Assembly: GCA_001789725.1 (NCBI GenBank)
Contig: MGAM01000013.1
Location: forward strand, 14,275 to 78,274
DNA from: Candidatus Roizmanbacteria bacterium RIFCSPLOWO2_01_FULL_39_19
GTDB taxonomy: Bacteria > Patescibacteriota > Microgenomatia > UBA1406 > HO2-37-13b
DNA length: 64,000 bases
Direction: 5' to 3'
Both the position numbers and the translations under genes were made by a program. Under the pieces are notes generated by a model. The model was not told the origin of the DNA. It saw nothing but the letters and a program-made list of their open reading frames with translations, and ran no database searches. Each line of letters begins with the position of its first letter. Positions within the stretch are counted from its first letter, which is position 1. Below are positions 50,464 through 57,830 of this stretch, piece after piece.

Positions 50464-50707
50464 ATGATTTGAAAAATCTTTTCTTCATAAATGCTATACC
50501 ACTCCCACTTTTTAAATATTTTTCGAATGTGATAGCCTGTTTTTCAGTTTTAAAAGCACAGTACCACTCAAGTTCATAATGTAAGTTTGACTTAGTAGAT
50601 TTTACACGGCCGGAAAGGTGTTCTCTAAGACGATTTTTCAAATCACTTGTATAACCTACATAATAACGATCGGTTTTGTAGTTTCTCAAAATATACGTAT
50701 AGAACAT
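50423..50707 (-). CDS. Stand-alone GIY-YIG nuclease
   Basis: FYTYIL..YYVGYT.DL..RL.EH, FEKYLKSGSG. Confidence 0.92.
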   Translation of the reverse strand: MFYTYILRNYKTDRYYVGYTSDLKNRLREHLSGRVKSTKSNLHYELEWYCAFKTEKQAITFEKYLKSGSGIAFMKKRFFKSLSVALEKDKSEDG

Positions 50708-50730
50708 AGTACTTTAGAGCTATACAGCTT

Positions 50731-50787
50731 GCTATCTTTCGTTAAAACTTCAGATAGCCAGCTATCCGTAGCTTTAGCGAAGGATAG
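50731..50787. repeat. Inverted pair of REP-like hairpins upstream of GIY-YIG
   Basis: GCTATCTTTCGTTAAAACTTCAGATAGC and CTATCCGTAGCTTTAGCGAAGGATAG. Confidence 0.75.
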
Positions 50788-50820
50788 TCCACGCTGGTTG
50801 ATTATGTAGGAAATTATTAT
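50787..50820 (+). repeat. Array junction J6 (type B), preceded by the same REP-like hairpin as J1
   Basis: GTCCACGCTGGTTGATTATGTAGGAAATTATTAT. Confidence 0.85.
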
Positions 50821-50829
50821 CAGACCTAC

Positions 50830-51183
50830 TTATTTACAATTTGAATAACAAAACGATATTTTCCCTATTACATCAAGTCTACGAAGTGGCAGAGGATTGT
50901 TTTTCACAAAAATCATATCCTGTTCAACTCTATCTACAATTCCGACCTCATTAACGTCAGGATTTTTTAAAGACTTAAAAGCAATAATATCCCCCATTTT
51001 GAGAGAACCAAGTCTATAACTTAGCTTGTTTACAATGACATATGCTCCAACTGGATATTTTGAAATTGTATTACGTAGTTGTAATGGTTGAAATGCGAAG
51101 AGATATAGGAAAATGGGAATTAGAAACAATAGAAATATACCGAAGACCAAAATTATTATGGATTTGAATAGTTTATCCACCAT
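50830..51183 (-). CDS. S26 signal-peptidase-like protein, catalytic residues doubtful
   Basis: TM then VIVNKLSY..GDIIAF..VIGK; start set at ATG 51183 below TGATATACT. Confidence 0.65.
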   Translation of the reverse strand: MVDKLFKSIIILVFGIFLLFLIPIFLYLFAFQPLQLRNTISKYPVGAYVIVNKLSYRLGSLKMGDIIAFKSLKNPDVNEVGIVDRVEQDMIFVKNNPLPLRRLDVIGKISFCYSNCK

Positions 51184-51190
51184 AGTTTTC

Positions 51191-51310
51191 AGTATATCAG
51201 AAACCAAGAAGTCCGAATCCACACTCCTGTTGCGATAGTTTGATACATTTCGGTGAGGCTAAAATGTTGGTCCAGGCTCGTAACAGACGTTAGAACTTTT
51301 TACGCACAAA
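51191..51310 (+). repeat. Array junction J7 (long left arm plus type A right arm), core at 51270
   Basis: AAGTCCGAATC...GATAGTTTGATACATTTCGGTGAGGCTAAAATGTTG-GTCCAGGCTCGTAACAGACGTTAGAACTTTTTACGCACAAA. Confidence 0.85.
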
Positions 51311-51324
51311 GAAAGGTATGATTG

Positions 51325-51570
51325 CTACTTTTTTTTGTAAGCAATTGATGGAGAAGTAGATCGAGGCAAAATAGATTGAACAATATTTTTTGGCAATTGC
51401 ATAGCCGCCTGCTTCAAAAATACAGAGGCATCGAGAATCTCAAGCAGTACCGCTTCTCTTTTTGGGGAGAAATGCACAATAAGATCGCCCGATTGCTCAG
51501 CATAATCTATGTTTTGATCATTTAGCTCGATAAGCAAAATATCATCCTCTTTGTTGTATTTAAATTTCAT
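51325..51570 (-). CDS. DUF2283 protein (putative antitoxin)
   Basis: Y..EDDILLI..LEILDAS. Confidence 0.85.
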   Translation of the reverse strand: MKFKYNKEDDILLIELNDQNIDYAEQSGDLIVHFSPKREAVLLEILDASVFLKQAAMQLPKNIVQSILPRSTSPSIAYKKK

Positions 51571-51572
51571 AT

Positions 51573-51830
51573 TTAATAATACCTTCCTTTCTCTGCGGGA
51601 TATACCGTAATTATCTTTATTATATCATCTTCAAGTTTGTATACAACTCTCAATATGAGTTTAGTATCGAAATTTTTCGAGGCAATAATTTTTGGTACAT
51701 CCGACTCTGAATCAATATGATCAGGATTGTTGACAGTATCTTTAATCTGTGCCAGGCTTATTTTAAAACCTCTTTTGGCAAGCAAAGGAATTTTATCTTT
51801 AACAAGATGCCTACTTAGAATGAATTTCAT
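51573..51830 (-). CDS. DUF4258 protein (putative RelE-like toxin)
   Basis: SRH, NPD, LRVVY...IITVYP; upstream of DUF2283. Confidence 0.8.
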   Translation of the reverse strand: MKFILSRHLVKDKIPLLAKRGFKISLAQIKDTVNNPDHIDSESDVPKIIASKNFDTKLILRVVYKLEDDIIKIITVYPAEKGRYY

Positions 51831-51967
51831 AAACTCAATTCTAACACTTTGCACAGTTAAGATTCTAGCCTTGTGGGGGAATTATTACAAAAGTTATTCT
51901 GTTACAACAAGAGTTATAATTTTACCTCTCTTGATTTTGATCTAATTTCCAATTAGGATAATAACAG

Positions 51968-53065
51968 ATGAGAAAAAACAAAAGAAGTAAGAAGCCATAC
52001 AATCCTTCTAATAGGAAATTCTTAATTGTAGCTTTATTAATTATAATTGTTGTATTATTTACTGGCAAAACCTTTCTACAAAAACAGGAGTCCCAATCCA
52101 ACAATGTGCTAGGATTACTCCTCGCTAAAGGAGACAACGATTCAGGTGGATCATCCGGAAGTGGTTCGGGGAGTGGATCGTCTGAGAGTGGAAGCTCGGA
52201 TTCAAGTGAAAGCCGATCTGATTCGGGTTCTTCAAATTCTGAATCTTCAGGTTCAGAATCATCTGGAAGTTCTGAGTCAACAAGTGGCACGGGAGGAGCT
52301 TCTGGTTCTTCGGGTTCATCTGGGGTTTCAAACATCGTTCCAACACGAACGAGGTTCATAAATCCCACAACAGGTATTCGCACGGAAACAGAGGTGAAAC
52401 AAGATGAAGAGCGTACCGAAGTAAGACTTAGTGAGGGTGAGCGTATCAGAACAAGAACGAAAGATGGGAGAACAAGAATTGATATTACCTCAGGAGGTGT
52501 GAAAACCAGACTTGAAATAAGAGATGGTAGGTTTATTATAAAAGCAGAACAGGGAGATGGAACTGAAGTTGAACTTGAAGATGACGCGCTCTTTAAGATT
52601 GAGGAAAGATTGGCTACAAACCAGATAAAAATAGCAACAGATGAGGCAAATAGATTTGTAATACAACGAGGTAATGCCGGTGCTGTTAGTCAATTCCCGC
52701 TATCCATCGATCTTGCCACCAATACGCTGATAGTGAACACCCCTTCAGGACAAAAAAATGTAACAGTGCTTCCAGATCAGGCAGTGCAAAATCTTCTCGT
52801 TGCAAACATTGTTAGTCGTTTAGGTAGCAGTGCGGTTGTTAATTCCTTTCGAACTGGTGAGACCTCAACGCTTGCTCAAGTTATAACATTGGGTGAGCAA
52901 AATGGTATTCCAATCTATGAAATCAATGGAATCTCAGATCAAAGACTACTGGGCTTTGTTCCCGTAACTATTGAAAAGACTATTGCTGTTTCTGCCGAAA
53001 CTGGAGCCGTAGTCTCAACTCAAGTCTCATTTGTTAATAAGGTGTTAGATTTTCTCTCCTTTTAA
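51968..53065 (+). CDS. Membrane-anchored protein with Ser/Gly linker
   Basis: TM, poly-S/G tract, C-terminal RLLGFVPV..VSAETG. Confidence 0.7.
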   Translation: MRKNKRSKKPYNPSNRKFLIVALLIIIVVLFTGKTFLQKQESQSNNVLGLLLAKGDNDSGGSSGSGSGSGSSESGSSDSSESRSDSGSSNSESSGSESSGSSESTSGTGGASGSSGSSGVSNIVPTRTRFINPTTGIRTETEVKQDEERTEVRLSEGERIRTRTKDGRTRIDITSGGVKTRLEIRDGRFIIKAEQGDGTEVELEDDALFKIEERLATNQIKIATDEANRFVIQRGNAGAVSQFPLSIDLATNTLIVNTPSGQKNVTVLPDQAVQNLLVANIVSRLGSSAVVNSFRTGETSTLAQVITLGEQNGIPIYEINGISDQRLLGFVPVTIEKTIAVSAETGAVVSTQVSFVNKVLDFLSF

Positions 53066-53080
53066 ACTCTACATTGTCTT

Positions 53081-53132
53081 GAAAGCCTAAAAAAGTAAGT
53101 CCAGGCTGGTTGAATATGTTGGAAATTATTAC
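53081..53132 (+). repeat. Array junction J8 (type B), core at 53099
   Basis: GAAAGCCTAAAAAAGTAA-GTCCAGGCTGGTTGAATATGTTGGAAATTATTAC. Confidence 0.85.
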
Positions 53133-53141
53133 CAGCAACAA

Positions 53142-53708
53142 TCATTTCTCTAAAATCCCCTCAATTCCTTCCAGTAACCTATCAAATTGCGTATACCCAG
53201 CACTTGCATTGAAGTGACCAGAGTTTGATATAAACGTTAAATCTACTCCAAGTTTACGTGCAAGCTCCTCACCATTTCCCAAAGAAACATATGGATCGTT
53301 ATCTGAATGATACACAGTAGCAATTCCTGCATTGGATTTTATTGTTTCCCAATCAAAGTTGAATCCATTACTGAAAGCATAATCACCATCCCAATTTTTA
53401 ATAGGTTTGACGCCGATTGGTGCAGAAACAAGAACAACCGCTTTAACTGGCTCTTGAAGTCTTTCAAGTAGTCGTAACAGGAATAACCCTCCCAAACTGT
53501 GACCAATTAAAATTGTATTGTCTTTTATGCTTTGTTCATAATCTTTAAGAACCTTGAGCCACGCTTCAAGAGATTGTCCTTCAGGGGTAGGAAACTGAGG
53601 AATAGTGGTGTCATATCCTGCTTTAACAAGCTCTTGTTTTAGCCACGGAAACCAGTTCTCACCTGGATGACCACCTGTGCCATGAAAAATAAAGAGGTTT
53701 TCTTTCAT
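53142..53708 (-). CDS. RBBP9/YdeN family alpha/beta hydrolase
   Basis: HG..G...NWFPWL, GHSLG, SDNDPYV, GHFN. Confidence 0.9.
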   Translation of the reverse strand: MKENLFIFHGTGGHPGENWFPWLKQELVKAGYDTTIPQFPTPEGQSLEAWLKVLKDYEQSIKDNTILIGHSLGGLFLLRLLERLQEPVKAVVLVSAPIGVKPIKNWDGDYAFSNGFNFDWETIKSNAGIATVYHSDNDPYVSLGNGEELARKLGVDLTFISNSGHFNASAGYTQFDRLLEGIEGILEK

Positions 53709-53805
53709 AGAGGAAATTATATCAGAAGTTCCATCTTTCAAATTGTCATAGGATTGAGCTCAATAGTAGCGAGAAGGATAAAGTTTCATGTATACTTTCT
53801 TTTAT

Positions 53806-54798
53806 ATGAGTGAAGCTGGAGATATGGGCGAACCACCAGTATCAAGATTGCGTGGTGATTTAGTTCAAAGACAACAATCAAAAGAAGCAAAAGGGTCTCC
53901 TTCGGAACGATTTCACCTTGCCACTACAGTCAACACTGTTGGTGATGAAGATGGCCCACCTTTTTCAGCGTCTTATCAACTTGATAATACAGGAAATCTC
54001 AAAGGAAGTCTTACTCCGAGAAATGGAGAGATGGTGAGCGTGCTATCTGTTGCAGATGGACTAGGTGGAGGTGCTTCAGAACTTCACAATGGATATGGCT
54101 CAACTCCACGAACTGGAGCCTATATTGCTGCACGAGAGGTACAATCTATTATTCCCGAACTTATTGCGAGTGATACAGGTTTTTTATCTGCATCAACCGC
54201 AGACATAAAATCACGACTTGAAGAGGCATTATCACAAAGGTTTCGTACTATGTCAGAGCGGTATCCACCTACACATGGAGAAAGTAGATTGAAAAGTGAT
54301 CTTATCAATCCGCTTGCCACAACATTCTCAACAGCCATCTTACATGAAACACCAGAGGGTACTAAGGTAAAAGTCTTTTGGAGAGGAGATTCCCCAGTAG
54401 TTATTGCAACACCCACAGAAACTTACGCAACAGAAACTGGCACAACTGGTGATGCAGCAATGGGCAGAGAAGGAAGTGTTAACCTATCAAATCAGTCTTT
54501 ACAGGCGGCAGAATTTACTTTTCCAGCAGATACGATTGTTGTATTCGCTGCATCTGATGGATGGTTCAAACGACCTGGCACTGATGGAATTCAAAGAGGA
54601 GTCCAAGACCTAATACAGGCATTGGGAGAAGCTGTTGGATCAAGTGATGTTCAACCAAGAATCAAAGCTAAATACGTTGTTGGATTGGTAGAACCTGATG
54701 ATACAACGCTTGCTCTTATAACGAATAGAAATAGTCCATCAGAATTACATCTGATACCGCCGATAAGTATTAAGCCGATAACCCCATTATCTATATAA
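53806..54798 (+). CDS. PP2C/SpoIIE-like phosphatase
   Basis: DED, VADGLGG, TT, GDS, ASDG, DDTT. Confidence 0.75.
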   Translation: MSEAGDMGEPPVSRLRGDLVQRQQSKEAKGSPSERFHLATTVNTVGDEDGPPFSASYQLDNTGNLKGSLTPRNGEMVSVLSVADGLGGGASELHNGYGSTPRTGAYIAAREVQSIIPELIASDTGFLSASTADIKSRLEEALSQRFRTMSERYPPTHGESRLKSDLINPLATTFSTAILHETPEGTKVKVFWRGDSPVVIATPTETYATETGTTGDAAMGREGSVNLSNQSLQAAEFTFPADTIVVFAASDGWFKRPGTDGIQRGVQDLIQALGEAVGSSDVQPRIKAKYVVGLVEPDDTTLALITNRNSPSELHLIPPISIKPITPLSI

Positions 54799-54811
54799 AA
54801 GCTTTAATAGC

Positions 54812-55966
54812 TTATGTGAGAGAACCTGCCCTTTTATAAAAATACGTATTAGCAAGTAAAACCGCCTGTGCACATACAAGGGCTGGGACTATTCCCCAAA
54901 TATCTGCTATGACGCCCAAAATAAATGACGACAGGGCAATTAAAAGGCACGTAGTAAATGATTGAAGCGACGCCATTGTTGCTCGTTGTTCATTAGTAAA
55001 TTCTTGATGGAAAAGGGTGTTCTCAGCAACATTGGCTGAGCCGTAAAATAATGAAGTCAATGCCATAAAGATCGGCGAGAGTGGAGTAATGAAAATCGCA
55101 GCAAGAGTAGTTATAATTGGCGTAGATATAGTATCCGTAATAATTACTTTTATTGGTGTAAATCTTTTAATTATCTTTCCACCAAAATAATAACTTACCG
55201 CAGCAGCAACTCCTGAGACAGTGCGAGGAATACCAAGAGCCCATGTTGGCCAGACTAGATTGTAAAAAGCAGCCTTAAACTCATACGCAGCCTCTCCCAC
55301 GCCATAGTTAATGGTTCCAGCGATAGTGAGTAATCGTAATTTTTTATTCTCAAGTGTCTTTTTAATAGCTATATTTAAGTGTTGAAATACATTCCCAGTC
55401 TTTTTAGTATGTACTTTTGGTTCTATCAACTGTGTACTCAATAACACCGATATAACCTGAGGAATAACAGAGAGCCACATAACAAGCGGAAATGAGATAT
55501 ATGCTATGAAGCCTCCTAAAACTGCAGAAACTGCTGATGCTACCTGAAACATTGAACTCGTTTGTCCAAGATGATGAGAGTATTCCTGTTCTTGATTGTG
55601 TTCTCTTAGTGTATCGTGAAGTAATGAAGTGTTATTACCACTAAAAAACGATCTACCTAATCCTTCAAAGATAGCTCCAACCACAAGAATCCAATATGAG
55701 ATTCCGATTGCATAAAAAACTACTGCTAAGACACCTGATAATGCTCCTAAAATCATCGTATTTTTCCTTCCAATTCTGTCTGAAAAAATACCTGTTGGGA
55801 CTTCAAGTAAGGCCGTTGAAATAAAAACAACAGAAATAATACTCATGGCAAGTGCATACGAGCCAGTAATTCTTTGAAAGTAGAGAATTAAGATTGCAGC
55901 AAAGAGACGAAAACTTGAGAAGAAGTTAAACCAAGTGAGGACTCTAATGTTTCTGTGAGGCGACAT
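54812..55966 (-). CDS. MFS transporter
   Basis: EVPTG..SDRIGRK, many TMs, RAT..S. Confidence 0.9.
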   Translation of the reverse strand: MSPHRNIRVLTWFNFFSSFRLFAAILILYFQRITGSYALAMSIISVVFISTALLEVPTGIFSDRIGRKNTMILGALSGVLAVVFYAIGISYWILVVGAIFEGLGRSFFSGNNTSLLHDTLREHNQEQEYSHHLGQTSSMFQVASAVSAVLGGFIAYISFPLVMWLSVIPQVISVLLSTQLIEPKVHTKKTGNVFQHLNIAIKKTLENKKLRLLTIAGTINYGVGEAAYEFKAAFYNLVWPTWALGIPRTVSGVAAAVSYYFGGKIIKRFTPIKVIITDTISTPIITTLAAIFITPLSPIFMALTSLFYGSANVAENTLFHQEFTNEQRATMASLQSFTTCLLIALSSFILGVIADIWGIVPALVCAQAVLLANTYFYKRAGSLT

Positions 55967-56107
55967 TATTCAAGTGTATCAGAAGTTCTAACCGTTCCGC
56001 CTCATTGTAGTTTGGATTGTTAGGGCAGGTATCCATTAAACTAGACACATATTCTCACTGACAAATAGTGTTAAAAGTAACAATAAGTGAGGAGGTGAAC
56101 CACGTTT

Positions 56108-56362
56108 ATGGGTACATTTAAATTCATACCAAAAGAAACAAAGGAACAGATATTAAAACGAATAAAAGAAGAAGGTATCACTGTTTTGCAAGCAGCGGCA
56201 GACGCAGGCATCTCTACAAAGTCAATATATAACTGGATGCGAAGCAAAACCATTTCAGATTGTTCTGTTTTGGAAATTAGTCGCCTCAAGCGGGAAAACA
56301 AAGAATTACTAGAGATAATAGGTAGACTAACCCACAATTTAACTAAACCAAAAAAAAATTAA
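56108..56362 (+). CDS. IS3 OrfA (HTH)
   Basis: GIS..SIYNW, EISRLKREN.EL. Confidence 0.85.
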   Translation: MGTFKFIPKETKEQILKRIKEEGITVLQAAADAGISTKSIYNWMRSKTISDCSVLEISRLKRENKELLEIIGRLTHNLTKPKKN

Positions 56363-56372
56363 AGAGATCCGT

Positions 56373-57209
56373 ATGATAGTTACAGAAAAAAAACGAGAAA
56401 GTAAAACACAATTAGCCAAGAACCTTGGAGTTTCAAGATCGTCTCTGTACTACAAAACAAAAAGAGATGATCAAGACCAAGAAATGAAAAAACAAATCTT
56501 AATTGTGCTTGGTTTACATCCAAGTTACGGGCATAAAAGAATTGCTCTTGAGTTTGGACTTAACAACAAACGGATACGTCGTGTTATGAAAAAATACGAC
56601 ATAAAACCATACCAAAGAAGGGTTCAGAGACTTAGAAAAAAAGAAGATGAGGGAAAAGAAGCAACGGAATTAAAGAATGAGATTGTTGGATTTTGTCCAA
56701 TAGCACCAAACATCGTCTGGGCATCCGATTTTACATATATTAAATTTCAAGGATCATTTATCTATCTGGCAACAGTCATTGATATATATACCAGAGAGAT
56801 TATCGGCTGGAATATATCAATGCGACATGATACGAATTTAGTCTTGGAGGCATTAAAACAAGCTATCGAGAGGATACAAACAAAACCACTCTATCTGCAT
56901 TCTGATCAAGGATCAGAATATGACGCAAGGGAGTATGAAAACCATGTTATGGAAAAAGGTATTGTTATGTCCATGAGTCACAAATCATCTCCCTGGGAAA
57001 ATGCTTATCAGGAATCTTTTTATTCACAATTTAAAGTTGATTTAGGACACGTTGATAGATTTGATACAAGAGAACAGTTAATTGAAGAAATGTATCAAAC
57101 AATTTATTACTACAACAATGAAAGAATACATGGTAGTTTAAAGATATCTCCTGTTAAATTTAAACAAAATCATGAAAATCGGTTAGAGAAAGTGAGAATA
57201 ACTGTCTAA
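56373..57209 (+). CDS. IS3 OrfB DDE transposase
   Basis: WASDFTYI, HSDQGSEY, ENAYQESF, YYNNERIH. Confidence 0.92.
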   Translation: MIVTEKKRESKTQLAKNLGVSRSSLYYKTKRDDQDQEMKKQILIVLGLHPSYGHKRIALEFGLNNKRIRRVMKKYDIKPYQRRVQRLRKKEDEGKEATELKNEIVGFCPIAPNIVWASDFTYIKFQGSFIYLATVIDIYTREIIGWNISMRHDTNLVLEALKQAIERIQTKPLYLHSDQGSEYDAREYENHVMEKGIVMSMSHKSSPWENAYQESFYSQFKVDLGHVDRFDTREQLIEEMYQTIYYYNNERIHGSLKISPVKFKQNHENRLEKVRITV

Positions 57210-57227
57210 AGAAATGGGTACTTGACA

Positions 57228-57665
57228 AGCAGTTCCTGTTCCTGCACCAACATTGCCGTTTTGTACTGGTTCTGATGAAAGGTTGTCAACAGCTTCAGCA
57301 CCATACTCTGGGTCATATTGAAACAGTTCAACTCCAAGATCGTACACGATAGCTCCACTAACCTCTGGAATGATTGACTTCCCAGTTTTCCATCCTATTC
57401 CTTGTTCTGTAAGCTTTTGAGAAATTGGTGTGGCAGATAGTAACCCACTCAAACTTCCACCAGCAATAAAAATCCCTCTCCTCTCTGGGAAACTTTTTCC
57501 ATTTCGCAGGTTTTCTGTTGAGTACAATCCAGGAGCTCCACCGTAGGACACGTATGAGACAGGCAATACCTTATCGAAGAGAATAAAAGTGCAACCCGTA
57601 AGTTTATCTGGATGAGTGGAATGTCCAACCTGAACACCAGATAAAGCAGTGAGAGTATTGTTCAT
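57228..57665 (-). pseudogene. Peptidase S58/DmpA (P1) family gene truncated by IS3
   Basis: GVQVGH..LTGCT, GGAPG, GGS..GL, GNVGAGTG then the IS end; C-terminal half absent. Confidence 0.85.
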
Positions 57666-57671
57666 ACAGGT

Positions 57672-57759
57672 ATTATATCTCAGCTTTTTAGATTGTTATA
57701 AAAGCCTAAACGGAGCGTGTCCAGGCTCGTAACAGACGTTAGAACTTTTTGGGCACAAA
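57672..57759 (+). repeat. Array junction J9 (type A), core at 57719
   Basis: GATTGTTATAAAAGCCTAAACGGAGCGT-GTCCAGGCTCGTAACAGACGTTAGAACTTTTTGGGCACAAA. Confidence 0.85.
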
Positions 57760-57830
57760 TCTGAGGGATAAGTTATATAGATATTTAAGGCCCTATATCA
57801 ATTTTTCTGCTATAATAGGCCAAACTGTAT

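Larger units (their letters stand above)
56023..57227 (+). mobile_element. IS3-family insertion sequence
   Basis: 37-bp imperfect IRs (27/37; left starts GG, right ends CA); orfA HTH plus orfB DDE; no target duplication. Confidence 0.88.

Noticed and set aside
51278-51297. Canonical integron attC (minus strand TTCTAAC-gtct-GTTACGA just after a gene)
   Set aside because: The R-like boxes are only 4 nt apart, with no L boxes or long hairpin; type B junctions lack them; no intI seen
51922-52383. Antisense 153-aa Pro/Glu/Ser ORF and the many other short overlapping ORFs in the track
   Set aside because: Shadows of recognisable genes on the other strand or frame, here caused by the Ser/Gly tract
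47750-57760. CRISPR array interpretation of the recurring ~30-bp motif
   Set aside because: Intervals are 363-4620 bp and contain whole genes; two repeat types; no cas genes in the window
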